Shown here in pieces: positions 9,375-18,696 of a stretch of DNA of 64,000 nucleotides (positions within the stretch are counted from its first letter, which is position 1; each line of letters begins with the position of its first letter). Under the pieces are notes generated by a model. It made no database searches, was not told where the DNA came from, and saw only the letters and a program-made list of their open reading frames with translations. A program made the translations under genes and the position numbers. This stretch comes from an uncultured Fibrobacterota bacterium (GTDB lineage Bacteria > Fibrobacterota > Chitinivibrionia > Chitinivibrionales > FEN-1185), in NCBI GenBank assembly GCA_963729895.1, contig CAVSQB010000026.1, positions 111,881-175,880 on the forward strand, given 5' to 3'.

Positions 9375-11183
9375 TCATCCAAGACGCTTTTCCAAGGCAG
9401 CCAATTCGTCGGCAAGCGCCGGAGGAAGCCTGGAGCCGAACCTTCTATAATGGTCCTTTATTCCCTCAAGTTCCTTTTTCCATTCTCCGGCATCCACCTT
9501 GAGCAGTTCCTTCATGTCTTCGCCGGACACGGGCAATCCCTTGGTGTCGATTGCCCCGGGCGAAGGCAGGTAGCCGATAGGCGACTTAACGGCCGCGCCG
9601 GTTCCCTCAGTGCGCTCGAATATCCATTTGAGAACGCGACTGTTCTCGCCGTACCCGGGCCACAGCCACTTTCCATCATCGCTCTTTCTGAACCAGTTGA
9701 CGTAGAAAATCTTGGGAAGATTCTCGGCGGAGGTCTTTGTGCCGATTTTTATCCAGTGCGAAAGGTAATCTCCCATGTGATAGCCGCAGAACGGCAGCAT
9801 GGCAAACGGGTCGCGGCGCACAATGCCCACAGCCCCGATGTTTGCCGTGGTGGTCTCGGAGCCGACAATTGATCCGAGAAACACTCCGTGGTTCCAGGAA
9901 AACGCCTGATGCACGAGCGGAATTGTGGTCGGTCTTCTGCCTCCAACCAGAAACGCGCTTATGGGCACACCCTGCGGATCTTCCCATGCCGGATCAATTG
10001 CCGGACATTGGGTCGCAGGGGCGGTAAAACGGGCGTTGGGGTGCGCGCCCGCCCTGCGGGCCGTCATGTCCCATTCCTGGCCGGTCCAGTCGATGTTCCC
10101 GCCCTCGGGAGGATCAAAGCCGATTCCCTCCCACCAAACGTCTTTGTCCCGGGTGAGCACCACGTTGGTAAAGATCGTGTTCTTTTGTATCGAGAGCATC
10201 GCGTTCGGGTTTGATTCCATCGACGTGCCCGGCACAACGCCGAAAAAGCCGGACTCCGGGTTGATGGCGTACAACCTGCCGTCCGGCCCGAATTTCATCC
10301 ACGCAATATCGTCGCCGACCGTTTCGACTTTCCAACCGGGAATGGTGGGGATCATCATGGCCAGGTTGGTCTTGCCGCAGGCGCTCGGGAACGCGGCGGC
10401 GATGTATTTCTTCTTCCCCTGAGGATTGGTTATGCCGAGAATGAGCATGTGTTCGGCAAGCCACCCTTCATCCCGCGCCTGCACCGAGGCGATGCGCAGT
10501 GCAAAGCATTTCTTGCCCAAGAGCGCGTTTCCGCCATAGCCGGACCCGTATGACCAGATGGTCCGTTCTTCGGGAAAATGGCTTATATATTTGTTCGCAA
10601 TGTCGGGGGCGCAGGGCCACGTGGAATCTTTTTGGCCCGAAACTAGCGGAGAGCCCACGGAATGCAGGCAGGGAACAAAGTCTCCGTTGTCTCCCAGCAC
10701 CTCGAGCACCTTGCTTCCCATGCGCGTCATGATTCGCATGTTGACGACCACGTACGGCGAATCGGTGATTTCAACGCCGATCTTTGCTATCGAAGAACCG
10801 ATGGGCCCCATTGAAAAGGGGACCACATACATTGTGCGGCCCTTCATGCACCCCGTATATAATCCGGTCATTTTTTTCTTGAGCTCGGCCGGGTCCATCC
10901 AGTTGTTCGTGGGGCCGGCATCCTCCCGGGAGCGCGAGGCGATGTAGGTCCTGTCTTCCACACGCGCCACGTCCGAAGGGTGGCTTCGGAAAAGAAAACT
11001 GCCGGGCCTTTTTGCAGGATTGAGCGGCGTGGCCATTCCTGCGGCCACCATGCCGGCGCAGATGCCGTCGTATTCCGTCTGGCTCCCGTCGCACCAGTGG
11101 ATGCGTGCGGGTCGACACAGAGCCGCAACCTCTCTAACCCATTCGTTGAGTTTCCCGTTGGAAGTCGTCGCCTTCGATGCCAT
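9375..11183 (-). CDS. pckG: Phosphoenolpyruvate carboxykinase (GTP)
   Basis: [48 protein letters not shown]. Confidence 0.97.
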   Translation of the reverse strand: MASKATTSNGKLNEWVREVAALCRPARIHWCDGSQTEYDGICAGMVAAGMATPLNPAKRPGSFLFRSHPSDVARVEDRTYIASRSREDAGPTNNWMDPAELKKKMTGLYTGCMKGRTMYVVPFSMGPIGSSIAKIGVEITDSPYVVVNMRIMTRMGSKVLEVLGDNGDFVPCLHSVGSPLVSGQKDSTWPCAPDIANKYISHFPEERTIWSYGSGYGGNALLGKKCFALRIASVQARDEGWLAEHMLILGITNPQGKKKYIAAAFPSACGKTNLAMMIPTIPGWKVETVGDDIAWMKFGPDGRLYAINPESGFFGVVPGTSMESNPNAMLSIQKNTIFTNVVLTRDKDVWWEGIGFDPPEGGNIDWTGQEWDMTARRAGAHPNARFTAPATQCPAIDPAWEDPQGVPISAFLVGGRRPTTIPLVHQAFSWNHGVFLGSIVGSETTTANIGAVGIVRRDPFAMLPFCGYHMGDYLSHWIKIGTKTSAENLPKIFYVNWFRKSDDGKWLWPGYGENSRVLKWIFERTEGTGAAVKSPIGYLPSPGAIDTKGLPVSGEDMKELLKVDAGEWKKELEGIKDHYRRFGSRLPPALADELAALEKRLG

Positions 11184-11260
11184 GGCCATCCTTTCTTTTT
11201 TGTCGGACTGTTTCCGCATTCCCTGCGGCACAGCACGGTTTCATCCCGGACATCCCGGTC

Positions 11261-11304
11261 AAAAAAAAAGACCAGAGAACTGCCGCTTCGGCACCTCTTT
11301 GGTC
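11261..11304 (-). terminator. Intrinsic terminator inside the pckG 5' leader
   Basis: RNA GACCAAAGAGGUGCCG-AAG-CGGCAGUUCUCUGGUC (14 of 16 pairs) followed by U9, about 75 nt upstream of the pckG start. Confidence 0.85.
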
Positions 11305-11440
11305 CTCACCCCCAGGCTGCCTCTTTCGCAGGAGTCACCAGGGCTTGATTACCAGTCCACAACTGTCAACGGTGTTGTCCTCCGGATTCTGGGCAGCCTG
11401 CGCCGCAGGGCGCCCGCGCACAGCTTCCGGACGACCCACT
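11261..11440 (-). ncRNA. Candidate riboswitch/attenuator leader of pckG
   Basis: 9-bp P1 (11392-11400/11313-11321) enclosing GGAG/CUCC and ACAAC/GUUGU stems, directly followed by the terminator; promoter-like TTGCCC-16-TATTAT at 11471-11444. Confidence 0.6.
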
Positions 11441-11563
11441 AAAATAATAGCCGAACAGAGAAAAAGGGCAAGGAAATCTTTGGATCGCCGCGGCAGGCCG
11501 CGAGGCCGAATACCTCGGTAGCCGACAATGGCCCGAGGCATGGGCGATTATTAGTTTCTTATT

Positions 11564-11903
11564 ATGAAAGTGAGGCTCACCTTGTCATCCCGGCGACCGC
11601 GGCACTGCCAGACAGGTGCGTCAATACGGCGACAGCCTTGTGTGCGTGAGATACCGGTATGATGAAGCGCTCCACAAACGCTTTAAAACCGTGGAACTGA
11701 AAATAGACGAGGTTCCATGGAAGCCGGAGCCGACCAAGGATGAAATAGTTTTGATACGGGTGCAGTGGAACGAAAAGAAAGTCCAGAAGCAGGTTAAGAA
11801 AGCAGGCAGAAGATGGGACAAAGAAAGGAAAATCTGGCTGCTTCGTTATGGAAAACTGAAGGATCTCGGATTGACATCACGGATGATGGGAACGGAGGGA
11901 TAG
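11564..11903 (+). pseudogene. Small basic hypothetical protein (xxTLxPGxxGT..QYGDxLVCVRYRYD type) with a +1 frameshift near 11585
   Basis: ATG 11564 gives MKVRLTL; removing one base restores HPGDRGTARQVRQYGDSLVCVRYRYD, continuous with ORF 11616-11903. Confidence 0.65.
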
Positions 11904-12047
11904 GGTAGCAACCAGATAATGACCGCCCTGTAATTCGGAAATAGGTGACCCTGGAAGAAATTTCAGAATCTTGTGAAATCGAGGAAGCATAAGCTTGCGT
12001 CCGCAGATTTGAAAATAGCCAATTTTCATACTGTTCAAAGGATAGAG

Positions 12048-12461
12048 ATGAATAGCATTCAAACATCGAAAGAATACGCCGTTTTGTTGAATGAAGTGAG
12101 AGATCGTATTCGTTCTTCTCAATATGCAGCGTTCAAAGCGGTGAACAAGAAATTGATAAATTTATGCTGGGACATTGGAAGAAAGATTCTTGAACGGCAA
12201 ACCAAGTATGGATGGGGAAAATCCGTTGTTCTCAATTTGTCAAAAGACCTTCAAAATGAATTCCCGGGCATGGTGGGTTTTTCCGCACAGAATTTGTGGT
12301 ATATGCGCCAGTTTTTTCTTGAATATAGTCGGGACAAGAAACTCCAACCATTGGTTGGAGAAATAAGCTGGGCAAAGCATTTGGTAATTATGAGCCGATC
12401 CAAGGATGATTTGGAACGGCGCCCTAAAAGCAACCAACAGCCGCGTTACGTTCGCCCGTAG
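12048..12461 (+). pseudogene. DUF1016/YhcG-family protein, N-terminal domain only (nuclease domain missing)
   Basis: AVNKKLINLCWDIG, WGKSVVLNLSKDL, GFSAQNLWYMRQF, ISWAKH, then abrupt loss of similarity. Confidence 0.8.
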
Positions 12462-12562
12462 CGGGCACATGTCCAGCGTCTGAAGTCAACGTGTCATGTC
12501 GCCCGCAGTGCTCCGTCACGTTTTCTAATGCTGGTCACGTCGTAACACGGCGCACGTTGCAG
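12432..12562 (+). other. Putative integron attC site
   Basis: CAAC-A-GCCGCGTTAC...GTAACACGGC-GCAC-GTTG: AAC/GTT boxes with 10-bp complementary arms, ~130 bp, overlapping the 3' end of a cassette-type gene. Confidence 0.5.
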
Positions 12563-12746
12563 TCAATTCCCGGTGGTGTTTTTCGGACTTGGTCAACGTG
12601 TCGCATGATTCGACACAATAATTGCACATGTCGCATATATTAAAAGGGTACTTTGGACCGCGCCTTCGTGCGGGTGCGGCGCGCGTTGTCACCGTAGGTC
12701 ACCACAAAACGGGAAACAAACAAGGAAACCCCGTCGCGTCGGCACC

Positions 12747-13127
12747 TCACTCGTCGAGCGCCGCCCTGTCCAGCGTAAAAATGATCAGCCGTTCCCCGCT
12801 CATGGTGCTGATGTCGGTATGCATGCTTTTCACCTTGCGCTTCAGGATGTCCTTGACAATATCCTCGAGCAGCGGCCGGCCGTTTTCAAGCAGCTCGATG
12901 CGAACCTGCTTGATAAGATCGCGGGCCTTGGAGTTGCGCTCGCTCTTCACAAGCCGGTATTCCGCTCTGGTAAGCACGCCCTTGAGCCGCACGATCACCA
13001 TGTCGTCGATGATATACGTTCGTGTCTCAAGCGGACCGCGCCCCATGTATTCCTTTTCGAACCGCGAGACGGCCTCGCTGATTTCGGCCTCAATCTGTCC
13101 TTTTGTCTTGTCCGCCTTGCCGAGCAT
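12747..13127 (-). CDS. DUF2294 / MpsC-family protein
   Basis: TKGQIEAEIS, FEKEYMGRGP, RLKGVLT.AE, HTDIST.SGER..IFTL are characteristic of the family. Confidence 0.88.
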   Translation of the reverse strand: MLGKADKTKGQIEAEISEAVSRFEKEYMGRGPLETRTYIIDDMVIVRLKGVLTRAEYRLVKSERNSKARDLIKQVRIELLENGRPLLEDIVKDILKRKVKSMHTDISTMSGERLIIFTLDRAALDE

Positions 13128-13379
13128 GGTTTCACTCTCAGTGCAACTCTGCGTGCATGGTATACAGGCGCTTCAGGCGGCCCGGACCTTCGTGTCGCAC
13201 CTCCCGTAAGCTCCGCCAAAGTGCGGCGCGCGCGGCACGTCCACGAATAGCCGCCGGGAAGGTAAACATTCGGAACTCAGTACTTAGGGACGCCAAGCTT
13301 GCACATAAATACAATATGGTTCTCCATTTCCGGCAAGAAAAATCGGTTCTGCCCGTATTATCAGATAAGCGCTTAAAAC

Positions 13380-14684
13380 CGTGTTGCCTCATAATAAAAG
13401 GTAACCGAAGGGTCAGATTCGATGCCTCACAAATGAGGTAACCGTAACAAGGTTGAAAATGGTTTTGAGTTTTCTTTCGATAGTCTTTTTTAATTGGAAT
13501 GGATTGAGAGCACGGTGGGTCAGTTCAAGGCTTTGCTTGACTTCTGAAGCTATGTAAGGTGATTCAACGATTCTTTGATAGGGAGTTTTCGGTTCTTCAT
13601 AGGTCTTGCGGTATCGAGATCCTATCCGGATTTTAGATTTGAGTTTCAGCGATGGACAGAAGTGGTTTTGATAGAGAGACCACTCGTTGGCATAGAGGTC
13701 GTTAATGAGGGGAAGCGTGTCGGGGTTTTCGATCCGATCATAACCAAGCATGTGCCTGGCCTGCGCCCAGTTTTTCTGTTCGACATGGGCGTTGTCGTTT
13801 TTCTTGTAGGGACGTGACCGGGTGAACTTTACAGGGTCTTGTCGCACGGCGAAGTAGCGTTCGAGATGATAGTTGAGGAACTCGGACCCGTTATCACAGT
13901 CAAAGCCACGCAGGGCAAAAGGTATTCGTCGTTCGATGTCTTTAACCTGCTCAATGACACCCTGGGAGCCCTTATTCCACACAGCACGGCCTTCGGTCCA
14001 AGCAGTATGGATGTCAGTCATGATAAGGCTCCACACAAATTCTCCGGCAAGGCTGGTGCCGCAATGGGCAACCGTATCCGCCTCCATGAATCCAGGCTGG
14101 GTAATATCCCAGTTGTCGGTACGGATGGGGATTTGATTGCGCAGCATGGAGCCGGGCTTGGTGCCGCACAATCCCTTGCCCATACGCGTACGTAAAGGGC
14201 ATAGGACGCGGTCAAGCGTGGAGCGGCTGACAGAGAGGAGCCGCGCACGGACTTCCTCGGAAAGCAGTTCAAAGGATTGTTCGTAGAATGGCAGCCATAC
14301 TGGAATGACAACCTTAAGGCGGCGAGAGCACATGAAATCAGAGGCTTTCCAGATGTACTGTAACGCCTTAATAAAAAGCGGTTCAGCATATAAGGGTCTT
14401 CTTCCACGCTTGGCTTTTTGTTTCTGTTTGCGTTTTCCAAGTAGCCGGATAGCGTACTTGCGATTGTATCGGCAAATCGCACAAAACTCATCGAGAATCT
14501 GCTTTTTGCCGGCTCTGTTGGAATGGGCATATCGTTGTCGTATCGCTTCCCGATATGCTTCTTTTTCTTTGTGCCCCATAGTGGTAACCCCCTTTTTTCT
14601 TGGGTTACCTTAATTATGAGGCAACGAATCAATTGGTGCGTGTTTCGATTAAGCCTTCGGTTACATTTAATTTGAGGCAATGCG
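13380..14684 (-). mobile_element. IS element, ISNCY-like integrase-core type, with duplicated terminal motifs
   Basis: Imperfect ~31-bp terminal IRs (TTGCCTCA-N8/9-GTAACCGAAGG), each end carrying a second inner copy; AT-richer than the flanks; no clear TSD. Confidence 0.8.
13413..14579 (-). CDS. DDE integrase-core transposase
   Basis: PGFMEADTVAHCG, DCDNGSEFLN, FTRSRPYKKNDNAHVEQKN. Confidence 0.92.
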   Translation of the reverse strand: MGHKEKEAYREAIRQRYAHSNRAGKKQILDEFCAICRYNRKYAIRLLGKRKQKQKAKRGRRPLYAEPLFIKALQYIWKASDFMCSRRLKVVIPVWLPFYEQSFELLSEEVRARLLSVSRSTLDRVLCPLRTRMGKGLCGTKPGSMLRNQIPIRTDNWDITQPGFMEADTVAHCGTSLAGEFVWSLIMTDIHTAWTEGRAVWNKGSQGVIEQVKDIERRIPFALRGFDCDNGSEFLNYHLERYFAVRQDPVKFTRSRPYKKNDNAHVEQKNWAQARHMLGYDRIENPDTLPLINDLYANEWSLYQNHFCPSLKLKSKIRIGSRYRKTYEEPKTPYQRIVESPYIASEVKQSLELTHRALNPFQLKKTIERKLKTIFNLVTVTSFVRHRI

Positions 14685-14870
14685 TCCGGAAAGATTATAT
14701 TGGAAAGGTATAGAAAATCCATGATTCGGTGGATATAATAGTGTCTGATCGGCGTGCCCCCATCTCTTCCGGGCACGGAAAAAATTGCCCAAAGGCGCCG
14801 ATCCCAACGGGATTATCCCTTTCCATCGTACAGAGCGCAGGTTGCAGCCCGACGTGATGCAGCAGGAACC

Positions 14871-15824
14871 ATGAAACCGCTATCTGGAAGAATCCCTTAT
14901 CCGTTGCTGATCGCTGCGGTCGCCTTTCTCCTTTCCGGCTGTTCAATGAAGAAAGTGACCGCGAACTTCGTAGCCGGTACGTTGTCGCGCGAAAGCAGCT
15001 CCTCGGTTTTTTCCGCAGACGACGATCCCGAACTGGTGGGCGACGCGATGCCGTTTACGATCAAATTGTACGAATCGCTGCTCGCGGGTTCGCCCAACAA
15101 TCCGTCGCTGCTGCTTGCCGCAGGAAGATCGCTGTGCATGTATGCATACGCATTTGTCCAGGTTCCGGCGGAGGAGATGTCCTACGCCGAGCTCGAACAA
15201 AAAGAAGAGATGCTCCAGCGCGCCAAACACCTTTACCTCAGGGGAAGAGACGACATCCTGAAGGCGATATCGGTGCGCCATCCGCACTTCACCGACAACC
15301 TGAACCAGGGAGACTACGACGCCGCGTTCAAGGGGGTCACGGCGCGAGATACGTCGTATTTGTACTGGGCAGGCATGTCGTGGATGGCCGCGGCCATGGC
15401 CGACAAGAGCGACGTGGGGCTCACCGTCGACATTCCAAAGGCCGTCGCTCTCATCCGGAAAGTCATGGAATTCAAAGATTCCTACTGGGAGGGTGCGGCC
15501 CATGAGTTCTTCCTCTTGTACTACGGCTCGATGCCGGCCGCCATGGGCGGGAGCGAGCCCAAGGCGCGCGAACATTTTGCGCTTGCGGTCAAGTATTCGA
15601 AAGGCGCCAAAGTAAGCCCCTACATCGCGCTTGCCACCACGGTGTGCGTCAGGAGCCAGAACCTGACGGAATTCAAGGCCCTGCTCGAAACCGCGCTCAA
15701 AGTGAATGTAAACAAGGATCTCAACAACCGGCTTGTCAATATTCTCAACCAGCATAAGGCGCGATGGCTTCTCGAACATGCAGACGATTACTTCCTGTCC
15801 GCAGAAGGAGACACCGTACAATGA
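14871..15824 (+). CDS. TRAP transporter TatT component (lipoprotein)
   Basis: Lipobox LLSGC, DDDPELVGDAMPF.IKLYESLL, helical content, lies upstream of dctP and dctQM. Confidence 0.88.
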   Translation: MKPLSGRIPYPLLIAAVAFLLSGCSMKKVTANFVAGTLSRESSSSVFSADDDPELVGDAMPFTIKLYESLLAGSPNNPSLLLAAGRSLCMYAYAFVQVPAEEMSYAELEQKEEMLQRAKHLYLRGRDDILKAISVRHPHFTDNLNQGDYDAAFKGVTARDTSYLYWAGMSWMAAAMADKSDVGLTVDIPKAVALIRKVMEFKDSYWEGAAHEFFLLYYGSMPAAMGGSEPKAREHFALAVKYSKGAKVSPYIALATTVCVRSQNLTEFKALLETALKVNVNKDLNNRLVNILNQHKARWLLEHADDYFLSAEGDTVQ

Positions 15825-16825
15825 CCATGCGATCTCCGGTTTGCTTTCTCGTCGCCGCGGTCCTGCTTGCGCAGGCGCCCGCGTTGGGCCTCACCATCAA
15901 GCTGGGCAGCCTTGCGCCGGCCGGATCCCCCTGGGACAAGGGTCTCAACAGGCTCGGCGCCGAATGGCAGAAAATTTCGTGCGGCGGCGTGGAACTCAAG
16001 ATATACCCCGGCGGCATCGTGGGCGACGAATCGGACATGATCCGCAAAATGCGCATTGGTCAACTTACCGCCGCCGGGCTGTCGGGTGTGGGCCTGATGC
16101 GCATTTACCCGGACATCGTAACCGTACAGCTTCCCCTGTTTATCCGGAGCAATGCCGAACTGGACTACGTGCTCGACAAAATGAAGCCGGCCTTTGCCAA
16201 GGAACTCGAGCAGCGGGGATTCAAGGTGATAATCTGGTCGTTTGTGGGATGGGTGCACTTTTTCTCAACGAGCCCGGTGGTGACGCCCGACGACCTCAAA
16301 AAGCGGAAGATGTTCGTGTCGGCCGGCGACGCCGACGCCGTGCAGATCTGGAAGGAGTGCGGGTTCCACGTGATCCCCCTCACGCCCACCGACATCATGC
16401 CTTCTTTGCAAAGTGGAATGATCGACGCGTTTTCGGCCACTCCCCTTACGGCCGCGTCGTATCAATGGTTCGGGCTCGCCAAGAACATGTGCGGAATGAA
16501 ATGGGCGCCGCTCATCGGCGGCATCGTGGTGTCCGCGAATGCCTGGTCGAAGCTCGATACGGCGCTTGCGGCCAAACTTGAGGCTGCTGCCGTGCAGGTG
16601 GGCAGCGACATGCAGGCGGAGATCCTGAAGGCCGACGCCGCTGCGCTCGACGTCATGAAGAAAAACGGGCTTGTGGTGAACCCGGTTCCGCCCGCCGCCG
16701 AAGACGCGTGGCGCGCCGCCGTTCAGGGCGGCTTCGAAAAAGGCTTCCTCAAGAACATCAACAACGATACCTACCAGGCGGTAAAAAAGTACGATGACGA
16801 ATACCGCGCCGCCCACCCGAAGTAA
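15821..16825 (+). CDS. dctP: TRAP substrate-binding protein DctP/TatP
   Basis: IKLGSLAPAGSPW, KIYPGGIVGDESDMIRKMRIGQL; ATGA overlap with tatT. Confidence 0.9.
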   Translation: MTMRSPVCFLVAAVLLAQAPALGLTIKLGSLAPAGSPWDKGLNRLGAEWQKISCGGVELKIYPGGIVGDESDMIRKMRIGQLTAAGLSGVGLMRIYPDIVTVQLPLFIRSNAELDYVLDKMKPAFAKELEQRGFKVIIWSFVGWVHFFSTSPVVTPDDLKKRKMFVSAGDADAVQIWKECGFHVIPLTPTDIMPSLQSGMIDAFSATPLTAASYQWFGLAKNMCGMKWAPLIGGIVVSANAWSKLDTALAAKLEAAAVQVGSDMQAEILKADAAALDVMKKNGLVVNPVPPAAEDAWRAAVQGGFEKGFLKNINNDTYQAVKKYDDEYRAAHPK

Positions 16826-16843
16826 CGGCCCGCCCGTTCCACC

Positions 16844-18655
16844 ATGAAATCCTTGCTTAGGAAGACCGCCCGCCTGGCGTGGAACGCCGAGAACGCGCTT
16901 GCGGTTGTCGTTCTCGCATGTTTGAGCCTTGTTCCCGTTATCGAAATAGCGGCGCGGACCTGGTTCAAGACGGGGCTGCTCGGCTCCACCGACTATGTCC
17001 AGCACCTGGTGCTGTGGATCACGTTTGTGGGGGGTATGTTTGCATCGCGCGAGCAGCGCCACCTGAGCGTGGCCGCCGGCGTCTCCCTGTTTCCGGCATC
17101 GTGGCGCGTGTGGATTTCAACCGGCGCCTCCGGCATCTCGGTTGCCGTTGTTTCCTGCCTGGCCTGGTCCGCTTTCTCATTTGTTAAAATAGGCATCGAC
17201 CCGTTGCAGACCGTCGGCGTTTTTAGGGCGCAATGGGTTGCCTTCATCATGCCGGCGGGCTTCGCCGTCATGGCCCTGCGCTTCGTTGTCCACGCGCCCA
17301 GGGGAATTCTTTGCAAAACAATAGCCGCCTGCGGCGCGGCGGTGCCGGTGCTCATGTTGACGGTGTGCGCGCCGTTCGTCGGCCGCCTCGTGTGGCCCCT
17401 TGCACTGGTCCTGGTGATGTCGTTTGCGCTCGGCACACCCATCTTCGTGGTGCTGGGCGGGCTGGCCCAACTCTACTTGTTCGGCACCGGCCAGCTCGCC
17501 GCGCTTCCCAACGAATCGTACACCATGCTCACCGGCCCCATCATGCCCACCATCCCGCTCTTTTCCCTGGCTGGGTACATGCTTTCCGAAAGTAAAGCGG
17601 GCGTCCGCCTGGTCCGCCTGTTTAGGGCGCTGTTCGGATGGATGCCCGGCGGCCTCACCATCATGGCCATCCTGGTCTCGGCGTTCTTCACCACGTTCAC
17701 GGGCGCCTCGGGCGTTACCATTATTGCGCTGGGCGGGCTCCTGTCGTTCATCCTTGTCCAAAGCGGGTACAAACGGGGGTTCTCCCAAGGGTTTGTCACG
17801 TCGTGCGGAAGCCTGGGCCTTCTGTTCCCGCCGAGCCTCGCGGTCATCCTCTACGGCGTTGTCTCTCATGTCAACATCAGGCATCTCTTTGTGGCGGGCA
17901 TCGTTCCCGGCCTTTTCGTGGTTGCCGTCATGTCGGCCGTCGGAGCCGTCACGTCCGGGCGGGGCAAAATTCCGCGGGTGGCGTTTGACGCCCGGGAAGC
18001 GGCGACCGCCCTGAGGGAATCGACCTGGGAAATCCTGCTGCCCGTGTTCATCCTCGTCGGGTTCTTCAAGGGTTTCTTCACGCTGGTGGAGACGAGCGCC
18101 ATTTCGGTCCTCTACGTGGTGATCGTGGAGGTGTTTGTCAATCGCGACATCAAAGTGCGCGACCTGCCGCGGGCGCTCCTCACCTGCGTTCCCATCGTCG
18201 GAGGCGTCCTGGTGATCCTCGCGTCCGCCAAGGGGCTTTCCTATTGCGTGATCGACGCGGAAATTCCGGCGCGCCTTTCAACGTGGGCCCAGGCGTCAAT
18301 CCATTCAAAGTACGTCTTCCTGCTGCTGCTCAACGCCGCGCTCCTCGTGGTGGGATGCTTCATGGACATCTTCTCGGCTATTATCGTTGTGGTGCCGCTC
18401 ATCGCGCCGCTCGGCGCGGCGTTCGGGGTTGCACCCGTGCACCTGGGCATCATCTTCCTTACCAACCTGGAAATCGGCTATCTCATGCCGCCGGTGGGCA
18501 TCAACCTCCAGCTCGCCTCGTACCGGTTCGGCGAGAACCTTCCGACGATGTACCGCCTGATTCTCCCGTTTGTCCTGGTCCTGTTCGCGGCGGTGCTGGC
18601 CATCACCTACCTGCCGTTCCTGTCCACATGGCTGGTGCAGGTTATTTACGGATAG
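16844..18655 (+). CDS. Fused TRAP small/large permease DctQM
   Basis: Highly hydrophobic; FTTFTGASGVTI, GSLGLLFPPS, EIGYLMPPVG. Confidence 0.9.
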   Translation: MKSLLRKTARLAWNAENALAVVVLACLSLVPVIEIAARTWFKTGLLGSTDYVQHLVLWITFVGGMFASREQRHLSVAAGVSLFPASWRVWISTGASGISVAVVSCLAWSAFSFVKIGIDPLQTVGVFRAQWVAFIMPAGFAVMALRFVVHAPRGILCKTIAACGAAVPVLMLTVCAPFVGRLVWPLALVLVMSFALGTPIFVVLGGLAQLYLFGTGQLAALPNESYTMLTGPIMPTIPLFSLAGYMLSESKAGVRLVRLFRALFGWMPGGLTIMAILVSAFFTTFTGASGVTIIALGGLLSFILVQSGYKRGFSQGFVTSCGSLGLLFPPSLAVILYGVVSHVNIRHLFVAGIVPGLFVVAVMSAVGAVTSGRGKIPRVAFDAREAATALRESTWEILLPVFILVGFFKGFFTLVETSAISVLYVVIVEVFVNRDIKVRDLPRALLTCVPIVGGVLVILASAKGLSYCVIDAEIPARLSTWAQASIHSKYVFLLLLNAALLVVGCFMDIFSAIIVVVPLIAPLGAAFGVAPVHLGIIFLTNLEIGYLMPPVGINLQLASYRFGENLPTMYRLILPFVLVLFAAVLAITYLPFLSTWLVQVIYG

Positions 18656-18696
18656 GAATTTTGCTGGCACATAAACATTACTAATGAAATTGAAAT

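Noticed and set aside
13298..13325. dif/Xer site next to the ISNCY-like element
   Set aside because: Only the left half weakly resembles dif; the XerD arm TTATGTTAAAT is absent.
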